Positions 18,996 to 28,429 of a stretch of DNA of 64,000 nucleotides are shown piece by piece. The translations under genes and the position numbers were made by a program. Position 1 is the stretch's first letter, and each line of letters opens with the position of its first letter. This DNA is from Alphaproteobacteria bacterium (GTDB taxonomy: Bacteria > Pseudomonadota > Alphaproteobacteria > Bin95): the NCBI GenBank assembly GCA_964291285.2, contig OZ219786.1, positions 64,001 to 128,000 on the forward strand, given 5' to 3'. The notes beneath the pieces are model-generated. The model saw nothing but the letters and a program-made list of their open reading frames with translations, had not been told where the DNA came from and searched no databases.

Positions 18996-19510
18996 TGGCC
19001 GGGGACTTCAAGATAACCGGTGGCGCTCCGGACCTTCCGGAGCGCCTGCTCCGGGGGGTCGCTCTGGCCGGCGGTCTCGTTCTCATTGCGATAATGCTGT
19101 TGGTAAGCGCCGCCGTGTTTGCTCGGTACGTCGTGAACCAACCGATCCTGGGAGATCAGGAACTCGTCGAAATCGGGATGTCCCTGGTCGTCATGATGGC
19201 CATGCCGTTTGCCGCGCTGAAGGGGGCCCATATCCGGGTCGATATCCTGGATGGTCCGATCGGAAGACGCGGCCGGTTCTGGGGCGATGTCTTTGCCCGG
19301 GTCGTCTCGTGCTTCGTCCTGTTCCTTTTGATCCACAAGACGTGGGACAAGGCCTGGGACGCCCGCGAATACGGCGATGTCACGAATATGATCGAGATAC
19401 CGGTCTGGATCGCATACGGCGCAATTTCTGTTGGCATGGCGCTGTTTGCCGTGGTGCTGGCAGGTCAACTCTTCAACCAATTCCGCCGGGCGGTTCCGGC
19501 CCGTGAGTGA
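18995..19510 (+). CDS. dctQ: TRAP transporter small permease
   Basis: Four TM segments; RY..N.PI.G..E, HIRVDI. Confidence 0.88.
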   Translation: MAGDFKITGGAPDLPERLLRGVALAGGLVLIAIMLLVSAAVFARYVVNQPILGDQELVEIGMSLVVMMAMPFAALKGAHIRVDILDGPIGRRGRFWGDVFARVVSCFVLFLLIHKTWDKAWDAREYGDVTNMIEIPVWIAYGAISVGMALFAVVLAGQLFNQFRRAVPARE

Positions 19511-20804
19511 AACGCTGATCGGCGTCGGCGGAATCGCCGCTCTCTTCTTCTGCCTGGTCGCCCGGATGCCTGTGGGAATGGCTTTGCTTGTCGTCGGCTT
19601 CGGCGGTATCTGGGTCATCGACGGCCAGAGGGCAGGCATTGCGACCATGTCGTCCGAAACCTATTCGTCGATCACGGGATACAGCCTGTCGATCATCCCG
19701 CTCTTCGTTCTTATGGGCAACGTGGCCGGGGCTGCCGGGTATTCGAAGAGGCTCTACGAGGCTGCCAACGCCTGGATCGGTCGCCTGCGGGGCGGCCTGG
19801 CCTCTGCCACTGTCGTGGGCTGTGCAGCCTTCGCTGCCGTGTCCGGGTCGTCGGTTGCCACAGCGGCAACCATCGGCAAGGTCGCCTTGCCACAGATGAA
19901 GCGTTTCGGCTATGCCGATGGCCTCGCCACCGGGTCCGTAGCCGCCGGCGGGACTCTCGGTATCCTTATCCCGCCGTCAACCGGCTTTATCCTCTACGCA
20001 ATTCTGACCGAGGAGAGCATCGGCAAGCTCTTCATCGCAGGAATCCTGCCGGGCATTCTGCTGTCGCTCCTCTTCGTGTTGGTCATCATCGTTATCACCT
20101 CGCTGAAGCCGTCCGAGGGCCCGGGCGGTCCGGGCACGACCGTGGGACAAAAGCTCCTCGCAACTTTGCGTTCTTTACCGCTCGTCGGCGTCATTCTCGT
20201 CTCGATCGGAGGTATTTACCTCGGTGTCTTCACGCCGGTCGAGGCGGCAGGTGTCGGTGCGACGCTCGTCACCGCGATGGCTCTTGGGACCGGCGCGGTT
20301 CGATTGGGACGGGTGCCCGGCATTCTGCTGGAAACTGTCACCATGACGGCGATGCTCTACCTGATCATCATCGGAGCGCATGTCTTCGGTCCATTTCTGG
20401 CCCTCACCCACATCCCCGAAACCTTGTCGCTGGAACTCAAGGAACTCGGCCTCGGGCCCTACGCGACACTGACCATGATCCTGATTGGATATGTGATCCT
20501 CGGCATGTTCTTCGACGGGCTTGCCATGCTCGTGGTCACACTCCCCGTTGTCTTCCCGATCATCTCGGGTCTTGGCTTCGACCCGATCTGGTTCGGCGTG
20601 ATCTGCGTGATCGTCATCGAGATGGGACTGATTACTCCGCCGGTCGGGATCAACGCCTTCGTAGTGAAGGGTGTGGCGTCCGGAGTTCCGATGAGTACCA
20701 TTTTCAGGGGTGTGCTTCCGTTTTGGTTTGCAATGGCAGCCTGCCTTCTGCTCTTGGTGTTGTTCCCCGATATTGCCTTGTTCCTGCCGAACCAAATGAG
20801 GTGA
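19503..20804 (+). CDS. dctM: TRAP transporter large permease
   Basis: IPLFVLMG, SGSSVAT, GGTLGILIPPS, TPPVG; GTG start 19503. Confidence 0.92.
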   Translation: MSETLIGVGGIAALFFCLVARMPVGMALLVVGFGGIWVIDGQRAGIATMSSETYSSITGYSLSIIPLFVLMGNVAGAAGYSKRLYEAANAWIGRLRGGLASATVVGCAAFAAVSGSSVATAATIGKVALPQMKRFGYADGLATGSVAAGGTLGILIPPSTGFILYAILTEESIGKLFIAGILPGILLSLLFVLVIIVITSLKPSEGPGGPGTTVGQKLLATLRSLPLVGVILVSIGGIYLGVFTPVEAAGVGATLVTAMALGTGAVRLGRVPGILLETVTMTAMLYLIIIGAHVFGPFLALTHIPETLSLELKELGLGPYATLTMILIGYVILGMFFDGLAMLVVTLPVVFPIISGLGFDPIWFGVICVIVIEMGLITPPVGINAFVVKGVASGVPMSTIFRGVLPFWFAMAACLLLLVLFPDIALFLPNQMR

Positions 20805-20973
20805 CGGGCGCAACGGCGCGGCCTCATGACCATCCCCCGCATGCTGAAGGAAGCAACCGCAAGGCCCGTAATCCTGCGGGCCCGGCTCAACCTGCCCAAC
20901 GTGAACCAAATGCCGGAGTGGGCGGACGGACTGCCCAGCCGCCGCAGCAAGCTCCCACAAAAAGAGCATCGGC

Positions 20974-21000
20974 TATGGCGGATGGGGAGGGATTCGAACC
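20974..21000. repeat. Distal att site: 27-bp duplicate of the tRNA-Ser 3' end
   Basis: TATGGCGGATGGGGAGGGATTCGAACC, identical to 32996-33022. Confidence 0.95.
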
Positions 21001-21049
21001 ATGTGAGAAATATAAAATGTATCAATGACTTGCGGATGATGAAGAAATC

Positions 21050-21067
21050 TTGCCCACCACTTTGCCC
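21050..21067. repeat. Putative integrase arm-type site (copy 1)
   Basis: TTGCCCACCACTTTGCCC, identical to 32862-32879; made of tandem TTGCCC(ACC) units; lies just inside the att. Confidence 0.7.
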
Positions 21068-21122
21068 GCCCCCGCCGCCGCGTGCTACACACGCCGACGG
21101 GGAGGAGTCCGCGCAAAGGCCC

Positions 21123-21335
21123 CTAGCGGCTCTTGACCTTCCCAAGCAGCAGCCTGGAGCGTCGGCAGCGGACAGCAACATTGGACCGGCCCAGGCGGAC
21201 CGCCACGGCCTCCAGTTCGGACACGGGCTTGGGCTCGCCGCGCTTCGATTTGCGACCGTTCACCGGCAGGGGTGCAGCCGCCAGGGCCTGCTCATCCTCT
21301 TCCGGCGTCCACCGCACGTTGATTCTTGCCATCAT
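21123..21335 (-). CDS. Small Myb/SANT-like HTH protein
   Basis: RWTPEEDE…LGRSNVAVRCRRSRL; start overlaps the portal stop. Confidence 0.55.
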   Translation of the reverse strand: MMARINVRWTPEEDEQALAAAPLPVNGRKSKRGEPKPVSELEAVAVRLGRSNVAVRCRRSRLLLGKVKSR

Positions 21336-22414
21336 GCGTCTCCTTCTGCTGCCAGCAGCCCGGTCACGGCGACGGCCTCGGCCATGGGCATGCCGCCGGC
21401 GACCAATTTCTGGAATGCCTGCGCCCGGCCGGCCAGGTCGAGCGGGTAGGTGTCGAAGCGCAGGTGCACCGGCACCGACAGCTTGGCCGTCAGTTCATGC
21501 GCGAGCATCCGGGCCAGCGGCTGCACCGTGCCCATATGCCACTGCCGCAGCGCCTCGCGCTTCGCGGTCCCGTCGCTATCGTCGAACAGCGCCGGGCTGC
21601 ATCCGCACGCCGCCAGCATCCGGGCAAAGGCCCCGTCCGCGACCGCCCCCACTGCGTCGGGCGGCGACGGCCCCAGGCGCGATGCGCTCCAATCCTTCTG
21701 CGGGGCGGCAACCCGGCCCTGGTCCCAGCCGGCTTGAGTGGTCTCTACCAGCACCGCCTTGCCCCGCGCCTTGGCGATGTCGGCCTTGAGCATGGCGAGC
21801 GGGTCATCGTCGCCGCCGTCGCCGCCGTCTTGCGGAACGGAGATTATCTGCGCCAGCGGCCCCGCCGCCTCGTCGGCCAGGGACCGCTCGATCTCCGCCT
21901 GGAGCTTCGCCGTGTGCGCGGCCCAGGACAGCGGCCCGGACCCGATGTAGGGCTGACCCGGCGAGCTACCCCACCGGACGAAAATCACGCTTGATGCCGG
22001 TAGCTGCCAGGTGGTGGAGGTGGAAGGCCCGTAGGCGGTCGCGCGCACGGTCCAGGACGCGGGATCGTGTCCGCCCTCCCAATGCCAGGACGCGGCCGGG
22101 ATCAGGTGCGCCCCGCCATCGCTCATCCGGATGACGTGCATCGAGACGCCCGCGCGGACCAGATCGCGGCCCACCTGCGCCAGAAACGCCGGCGTAACGG
22201 CTTCCTGCACCCATGACGGCGCGTCTACGTCTGCCGCCGCGAAGGCCCTCGACAACGCGCCCGCTGCTGCCTCTACGGCGGCCGTGCTCGATGTGTCAGC
22301 CGCCGTTCCTGCCGCCGTGCTCTCGATCAGCCTCAGCACCGCATCGGTAAACTCGCCGCCGCTGTCTCGCGTCTCTGGCGCTTTCTCGCGCGTCCTGGGC
22401 CAGCGCCAGGGCAT
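21332..22414 (-). CDS. Phage portal protein (divergent)
   Basis: 360 aa; VGRDLVRAG.S..VI, G.GPL, ARMLAACG.SP.L, GTVQPL.R.L..EL..KL resemble HK97-type portals; head-module context. Confidence 0.7.
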   Translation of the reverse strand: MPWRWPRTREKAPETRDSGGEFTDAVLRLIESTAAGTAADTSSTAAVEAAAGALSRAFAAADVDAPSWVQEAVTPAFLAQVGRDLVRAGVSMHVIRMSDGGAHLIPAASWHWEGGHDPASWTVRATAYGPSTSTTWQLPASSVIFVRWGSSPGQPYIGSGPLSWAAHTAKLQAEIERSLADEAAGPLAQIISVPQDGGDGGDDDPLAMLKADIAKARGKAVLVETTQAGWDQGRVAAPQKDWSASRLGPSPPDAVGAVADGAFARMLAACGCSPALFDDSDGTAKREALRQWHMGTVQPLARMLAHELTAKLSVPVHLRFDTYPLDLAGRAQAFQKLVAGGMPMAEAVAVTGLLAAEGDA

Positions 22415-22773
22415 CAGCCCACCAGCCCCGCGCGGCGCACCTTCCACGGCGAGAGCAGGCCCTTGGCCCCGCAGTCCCGGAACATGGGCGCGTGATTGAC
22501 CACATACTCCATCGACTGCGGCCCTAAGGTATGTGATTTCACGCCATCGGAAAATCGGTCCTTCAGATACCCCGCAAACCGGATCACCGCCTCATCTTTC
22601 ACCACTTGGGGCGCGCCGGCCGCTTCTCGCTCCACCAGGGCCGCCGCAACGGCCCCTACACGCTGGGTGCGTGCATCGCTATCCGGCACGCCGTCCAGGC
22701 GTATGGCCGCCCGTAGCTTTGCCGTCGCCGCTGTCAGCGCCGCAGGGTTCGTGGGCCAGGGACTCAGAGCCAT
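22414..22773 (-). CDS. Head-tail connector (gp6-like)
   Basis: 119 aa; AAALVERE…APQVVKDEAVIRFAGYL…AKGLLSPWK pattern and size. Confidence 0.6.
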   Translation of the reverse strand: MALSPWPTNPAALTAATAKLRAAIRLDGVPDSDARTQRVGAVAAALVEREAAGAPQVVKDEAVIRFAGYLKDRFSDGVKSHTLGPQSMEYVVNHAPMFRDCGAKGLLSPWKVRRAGLVG

Positions 22774-23723
22774 GCCCGCCGCCTCCGTGCTCGCGGCGCA
22801 TGGGCACTCGCCAGTTCATCCGGCGTCGGCACCAGGTCAGGCGCGGGCCAACCCTCGCGCGCGTCGGTCGCCGAGACGATGAAGGCCCGAATACCGATCC
22901 GCTCGTAGGCCATGGCGGCGCTCCCGTCCTCGCGGGGGATCGCCACGCCCTCCGAACGGTCGGCATCGAGGAAGGGCCGCACAACAACGCCGGCGTCCTC
23001 ATGGGCGGCGAGCACCGCGTCGCCCGCCGCCCCGCGCGGTATGTCGATCTCCACATCCGCGCCGCCCTCCACGGCCCGGCCGCGCATGGTCCCTCGCCCG
23101 GCACCGGCGAGTGGCGCGGCGTAGCTGCCGAAGCCGGCGACTGCCTCCCGCTCAAAGCGCGTGAACACCTCGTCAAACGCTTCCTTCAACGCCTCGCCCG
23201 TGAAGCGCGCGAATTTGCACCCGTCCCCCGAACACTCGCAGGCCAGGTCCGTATCGGCAGGGATATGCGCCCGGAGCGTTCGACCCGACCGCGCGCGCGC
23301 CTCGACCCGGCTGGCCTCGTAGGATGGCGCGCGGACAATGCCGACCCCCGAGAGCACGGCGTCCTGAATGACGCGCAAGCCTCCCTCCCGGCGCTCCTGG
23401 ACGGCCTCGAACTCCACAGACAGCCCGCCGAGGCGCCCGGCCCTGATCTCAGCCAAGGCGCGGTCGGCCGCCGGTATGGGCGGCAGGGTCGCTGTCATCC
23501 GGAGTGCATCGCGGCCCTGCCGGAGTTCCAGCCCGCCGCCCGGCTGCCAGGCAACAGCCCGCTCCGCATCGTGAAACAGGTTGAGGGGGATGGCGGCCGC
23601 CATGCGCAGGCTGCCCGGCTCGAACCGCTCCCGGTGCGAAGGAGAGATATCGCCGTAGCGCATGACGGTCCCGGACAGCCGCCGCCCTTCCGCCCGGACC
23701 TCGCCCGCCGCGCGCCGCTCCAT
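22764..23723 (-). CDS. HK97-family prohead protease with second degenerate domain
   Basis: RRLSG…Y, ERFEPGSL, LFHD (His), GLSVEF (Ser), V..PSY. Confidence 0.8.
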   Translation of the reverse strand: MERRAAGEVRAEGRRLSGTVMRYGDISPSHRERFEPGSLRMAAAIPLNLFHDAERAVAWQPGGGLELRQGRDALRMTATLPPIPAADRALAEIRAGRLGGLSVEFEAVQERREGGLRVIQDAVLSGVGIVRAPSYEASRVEARARSGRTLRAHIPADTDLACECSGDGCKFARFTGEALKEAFDEVFTRFEREAVAGFGSYAAPLAGAGRGTMRGRAVEGGADVEIDIPRGAAGDAVLAAHEDAGVVVRPFLDADRSEGVAIPREDGSAAMAYERIGIRAFIVSATDAREGWPAPDLVPTPDELASAHAPRARRRRAWL

Positions 23724-23734
23724 CAGGCCGGCCC

Positions 23735-25000
23735 TCAGGAAGCGACCTTGAACGCCGTCTGCGCGTAGGCTGCCGGCTGGACCAAGATCACGTCGCCAAG
23801 CAGCACGTGCATGGTGAAGCTGCGGGTCGCCGATGCAGCGCCGGAATAGATGTCGTCGATGGAGACCTCGCCCCAGTGCGGGCAAACCGCCGTGCGCATC
23901 CCCGTGCGGCCCCGCCGGTGCAGTATCGCCTGCTGCACGTTGGTCGCCGCTGCCGGCATCCTGGCGTTGGTCCACCAGCCCCCCGTGTGCGCGGCGGCAT
24001 AGTCGGCGAACGAGATCGCACCCAGGTCGGCGCTCACAATGTCCCGGAACGTCTTCGCCGAAAGCTTGTAGGTATCGACGCCGGCGACGATGGCGACCTC
24101 GCTCATGCGCGAGGCCCACAGCCCGTCGATGCCGTCCGCGAACGCCTCCACGAAGGCGTCAAAGTCGGCAATCTTCGTGGGCGCGGTCGGGTCGGTCAGG
24201 CGTTGCAGGATGCCGGAGAGGTTCGGTGCCGTGCCGTTTCCGTTCAGCCCCTGCTCGTCTAGCTCATCCGACAGAGCGAGGCTGAGGTTCTGCCGTAGCG
24301 CCGCCTCGAAGTTCGCCTGGCCAACGGCGGCGATATCCTCGAGACGGAGTTCCAGCCGGGCGGACACCCGCTTCGGGGTCGCGGTGGTGACCGTGAGCGC
24401 CGCCGCCGTGGCCGCGATCGCCGCGCCCTTCGCTTTCGCATCGGCCGTCAGTGACGTCCCGATGGTCGCGGTCGCGTATGTGCCGGATGCGACACGCGGC
24501 ATCTCGACGCCCAGCCGGGGCACCACGGCGGCGGCGAACACGGCCGGCCGGATCGGATCGAGGTTGACGCCGACCGTGGAGGGTGCCGGCGAAACCGCAC
24601 GTTCCTCGCGCCGCTCGGTATCCCACAGTTCGATCGGAATGCCCTGCACGCCGGCGGCGGCAGCAAGCTCATGCTCCGGACCGTCCACCAGGCGACCGCG
24701 CGCGGCGGCCAGCAGGTAGTTCGTCAGGCTCGCCCTGCCGCGAAGCTCGATGCGCTCCCGCATTTCCGCGTCAGGCTGGCCGACGAGGGTTTCCGTCCGC
24801 TGCTCGGCATCTTCCTGCTCCACCGCGACCCGTGCGGCGCGCAGCTGGCGCTCAAGGTCCGGCGTGCCGGCCTCGATGGCGTCGAGTTCGGCACGGGTTT
24901 CCTCGGTCAGGCTGTCGGCCCGGCCGAGTTCCGCCATGCGCTGCCGCTCCTTGCTCCGGCGGTCCCGAAGTTCTCGGAGTTTCTGCTGCGCGGGGGTCAT
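23735..25000 (-). CDS. Major capsid protein, HK97 fold, with N-terminal coiled-coil scaffold domain
   Basis: Helical N-terminus, then TPKRVSARL, LSLALSDELDEQGLNGNGTAPNLSGIL, DVILVQPAAY. Confidence 0.85.
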   Translation of the reverse strand: MTPAQQKLRELRDRRSKERQRMAELGRADSLTEETRAELDAIEAGTPDLERQLRAARVAVEQEDAEQRTETLVGQPDAEMRERIELRGRASLTNYLLAAARGRLVDGPEHELAAAAGVQGIPIELWDTERREERAVSPAPSTVGVNLDPIRPAVFAAAVVPRLGVEMPRVASGTYATATIGTSLTADAKAKGAAIAATAAALTVTTATPKRVSARLELRLEDIAAVGQANFEAALRQNLSLALSDELDEQGLNGNGTAPNLSGILQRLTDPTAPTKIADFDAFVEAFADGIDGLWASRMSEVAIVAGVDTYKLSAKTFRDIVSADLGAISFADYAAAHTGGWWTNARMPAAATNVQQAILHRRGRTGMRTAVCPHWGEVSIDDIYSGAASATRSFTMHVLLGDVILVQPAAYAQTAFKVAS

Positions 25001-25317
25001 CAGCGGCCCTCCTTCCAGGCGTTCGCGAGTTCCTCGATATAGGCCCGGCGCGCGGCTTCGGCTTTCAACGCCGCCTCCCGCGACGCCGGCGGCATCCACC
25101 GGCAGGCGAAAGAGGCGAGGTGCGCAATCACCGCGCTGTCACTGGCCTCCTCCACCGGGACCATTTCGATCCGAGGCATCTCACCGTCATCGGCGGGCGG
25201 CGGCATATGCACGACCAGCCCGCCATCATGGTCGCGTATCGCCTGACGCGCCGCCGCAAGCCATTGGACTGCCGACGCCGACAGCCGCACGGTGCGCGTC
25301 TTTCCGGTGTCACTCAT
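25000..25317 (-). CDS. Hypothetical protein (possible ribbon-helix-helix-like N-terminus)
   Basis: GGAGG RBS; TGATG coupling to capsid gene; TRTVRLSASAVQWL. Confidence 0.6.
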   Translation of the reverse strand: MSDTGKTRTVRLSASAVQWLAAARQAIRDHDGGLVVHMPPPADDGEMPRIEMVPVEEASDSAVIAHLASFACRWMPPASREAALKAEAARRAYIEELANAWKEGR

Positions 25318-25491
25318 CCGCCACCTCCATGTTGCGCTCCGTGACTATATTCGGACGGCGTATAACGTCAAGCGGTAAAGTCAGCGCCCGCCCCCGCCGC
25401 CGCCCTAAACTCGTCTATGGGACGGCGTACGAAACTGCCGCGCAACGAGCGGCAGTCAAAAAAAACCGCCGCACCGCAACGAGGGCGGAGG

Positions 25492-25809
25492 TTACGAGCG
25501 CGCGGCCAACTCCCACACCGCCCGCACCCACTCCGCCGCGCCCGGGATTGGCGGCCCGCTGTTCTCCCGTGCGGTCTTCGCCAGGTGGCAGCTTCGGCAC
25601 AAAGTTTGCAACCCGTTCGGATCGTAGGGGTCCTGGCCCGGCTCCCTCTGGAACGGGGTGATGTGGTCGCACTCCAGCCGCCCGGCCCGCCCGCAGGCGA
25701 CGCACCGCCAGCCATCGCGCTCGAAAACCGCGCGGCGCACTGCCTGCCAGCGGCCGGCGTGCAGCCGGGTATGGGCGCGGCTCACCCTGCCAGGCCCCTG
25801 TATCGCCAC
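25492..25809 (-). CDS. HNH endonuclease (packaging-associated)
   Basis: W..VRRAVFERDGWRCVACG..LECDHI.P….GLQTLCRSCH..KT..E. Confidence 0.9.
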   Translation of the reverse strand: MAIQGPGRVSRAHTRLHAGRWQAVRRAVFERDGWRCVACGRAGRLECDHITPFQREPGQDPYDPNGLQTLCRSCHLAKTARENSGPPIPGAAEWVRAVWELAARS

Positions 25810-27365
25810 GCTCGGCGCGGCTTCCGGTCGAACGCGCCCTCCGCCAGGCCGGCAGCGATCACGGCGGCGCTGAGCACGTCGATGCGCCCGTTCGCCTTCG
25901 CCTTGTCGAGGCCGGGATTTCCGTTCCCGTCGCGCCGGATCGTGCTCTTGGCGATGGCGGTCATGAGCGAGAGATTTTCTGCCATGCGGAATCGCTGCTG
26001 GATCACCAGCCGCTGAAAGGCGCGGACATCGCGCCCCCCGTCCTTCCCCGCGCCGACGCGCCGGAGGTCTATAGGCCAGCGCACCGCAGCCCGGTCCATG
26101 AAATCCCGGACCTCAGCGTCCTTGTAGCTGTCCGCCGCCGCCGCCGCCACGCGCACGCCCTCAAGGTCCGCCTGAATATCAGCGAGGAAGGCATCGGGCC
26201 GCACGATCCGGCCGGGAAAGGTCCGCAGCTCCCCCCGCCGCTCCATCACCACGTAGGGCGCGTCATCGCGCCGCTGCCGGTCCGCCAGGGACGGGATATC
26301 GCCAAAGGCCATCCAGGTCTCCGCGCGCCCGGTAGCAGGCCAGATCGCGCACGCCGCCGTGCTGCTGGTCGCCTCGCCGAAGTCGAAGCCGAGGAACGCC
26401 GGCCCTTCTCGACCGGGCGGATCGGCGACGAAACACGCACGCAGGTCATCCGGACTGCAAATCATCTCTCGCGAAGGATCGAGGCTCTGGTTGAGGTCGA
26501 ACGCCCGGAAGCTCGGTTCATCGCCCGGCGCCCCGCGTATCCGGGCAACCTCGGCTTCCATGTAGGCGATCTGCTTGATACCGGCCGCGAGGCCCGGATT
26601 GGCCGCGTGCCATGCAGCCCGATCATCTATCGCCGCCCCGGCCGGCGCAGCGAAGACGTGCGCCACCGTCGCCGGGTTCTCCAGCACCTCCCGGTATAGA
26701 GGACTGTCCCCCCGGACACTGATATGCAGAATTCGGCCGCCCTTCGCCGACACGCTGGAACGCAACCCCGCCAACAACTCCCTCGCGCGCTCCGGGAACA
26801 GGCCCGTCTCATCGACGATCACCAGGTCGAACCCGGACGAGTGCCCGGCGCTGCGCTCGGAGGCGAGCGTCTCGAGACTGCCGGTCGCACCCTCGATTGC
26901 GCCCGGATATGGCGATCTGCGGATCGTCACCTGGTCATCGAGGCCGGACGCCTGGACGATGGCGGCGACTTGGTCCCGAAGCTCTGCGGCCTTCTCCAGG
27001 GACAAACTCGCAATCGCCCCGCGCCACCCATCCTGCCGCAGCGGCCCGACCAAAAAGCCCAGCGCCAGGACGGCGCACACGGCAGACTTGGCATTTTTCC
27101 TCGCGACGCAGAGCGCACTCTCATGCGCACCCCAACCCGCACGGAGGAAATCCTCCGCGAAGCCCGGCAATTCCATGGCCGTGCCGGCAAGAGGGTGGCC
27201 GGGAGGAACCCGGAGCGTCGTCTGCGCCCACGCCGACAGAGCCGCCACCGGGTCCGCGGGCATGGCCGGCACAGCCGCAGCCGCGCCCGCCTTCTGCCGC
27301 GCACGCTGCCGGCGCTTGCGCTCCCTGGCGGCAAGGCGCGCCGCTGTCGGGTCCCGATAGGGCAT
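25782..27365 (-). CDS. terL: Terminase large subunit
   Basis: Walker A ARKNAKS, Walker B LVIVDE, nuclease LGFDFG, C-terminal RIDVLSAAVIA. Confidence 0.88.
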   Translation of the reverse strand: MPYRDPTAARLAARERKRRQRARQKAGAAAAVPAMPADPVAALSAWAQTTLRVPPGHPLAGTAMELPGFAEDFLRAGWGAHESALCVARKNAKSAVCAVLALGFLVGPLRQDGWRGAIASLSLEKAAELRDQVAAIVQASGLDDQVTIRRSPYPGAIEGATGSLETLASERSAGHSSGFDLVIVDETGLFPERARELLAGLRSSVSAKGGRILHISVRGDSPLYREVLENPATVAHVFAAPAGAAIDDRAAWHAANPGLAAGIKQIAYMEAEVARIRGAPGDEPSFRAFDLNQSLDPSREMICSPDDLRACFVADPPGREGPAFLGFDFGEATSSTAACAIWPATGRAETWMAFGDIPSLADRQRRDDAPYVVMERRGELRTFPGRIVRPDAFLADIQADLEGVRVAAAAADSYKDAEVRDFMDRAAVRWPIDLRRVGAGKDGGRDVRAFQRLVIQQRFRMAENLSLMTAIAKSTIRRDGNGNPGLDKAKANGRIDVLSAAVIAAGLAEGAFDRKPRRAWRYRGLAG

Positions 27366-27592
27366 GTCAGGTCACGCCGTCAGCGCCGGGCGTGACGCAA
27401 TCGAGGCGGGGAAGTCCCCCCGCCGCTTCCACCCCCTCAAACGGCCCCGGCGGTGCCATCAGAGACCGGTCCAGCATGTCGCCTTCACCCCTCATTCGAC
27501 GTAGCGGGTTCCTCCTGGTCATCATCGGCCGCCAAGGGCATGATGTTCTCCTCATCGGCACCACCTCTCATCACCGGCACCATGTTCTCATC

Positions 27593-27710
27593 TGTAGCCG
27601 ATGTAACCGAAGTAACCACAATTCTGGTTCAATCCACCTGCACGCGCGCGTACGTACGTGCGCAGGGGGCTTGAATGGAGAAAGCGGTTACTTCGGCTAC
27701 ACCGGTTACA
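27593..27710. other. Putative replication origin of the satellite
   Basis: Imperfect 25-bp inverted repeat (TGTAGCCGATGTAACCGAAGTAACC / GGTTACTTCGGCTACACCGGTTACA) built of 9-bp-spaced GG(T/C)TAC units, around a central CACGCGCGCGTACGTACGTG, at the 3' end of the helicase gene. Confidence 0.55.
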
Positions 27711-28429
27711 GAAGGCGGGCGTCGCCGTGCGCCTTCAAACCAACGCGTACCTTGGTGTTGGCGCTGCCGCACCCTTGCGGGACGCGCCGCTGTGCCGACG
27801 GATAGCCGGCATCCGTCAATGCCCGACCGAACGCATTCTGGCTCGGAATGCTGGACCGCAACCCGGCGTGGCGACGCCAATCGCAGAACCGCTCGTAGAG
27901 GTGGTTGGATGTGTCGAACCGGTCCGGGCCGGTATCGCAACATTCCGTGATGAAGCGGCCGAGTGGTGACGCTTCGGAGAGCCAGCGCCAGGTTTCGCGT
28001 TCGACGACGCTCGGCATGGTCCATTCGTTCGAGGCGAACATGGCCGCGAACCGGCGCGCGCCTTCCATCATCCATGCCAGCACGGCAGGCTGCTCCTTCC
28101 CCATGAGTTCGTGCTTCACAGCCGGGTTTTGCGCCTTTAAGGCTTCGCCGGCCGGGATGACGACGAACCTCCGCGTGATCGACGCGTCCACCACGGCGAC
28201 AGACGGCAGGCTCGCCGGGTTGCCCTGGCAGTGGATGGTTCCGGTAATTCGGGCGTTTCGGGGGTTCTCGCGCATCCGGTTGACCGGCGTTTCGTCGCCG
28301 CCGGACATGGACTTGAGAACCTCGACATTCAGCTGCCGCGCCCGGAGCTCGTTACTGACCACGAGTCGCTTTCCGACCAGCGCCTCCAAAAATGTCCGGT
28401 GCTGGCCGTCGCCGCCTTCCAGTGTTGAA

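Noticed and set aside
20974-21000. Second tRNA gene
   Set aside because: Only the 3' 25 nt of the tRNA are present; it is the att duplication.
20826-21449. 207-aa ORF spanning the att site
   Set aside because: Crosses the element boundary and overlaps portal and HTH genes on the opposite strand; no motifs.
21332-27365. Gene transfer agent head cluster
   Set aside because: Flanked by att sites with its own integrase, AlpA and helicase, and lacks tail genes and RcGTA gene order.
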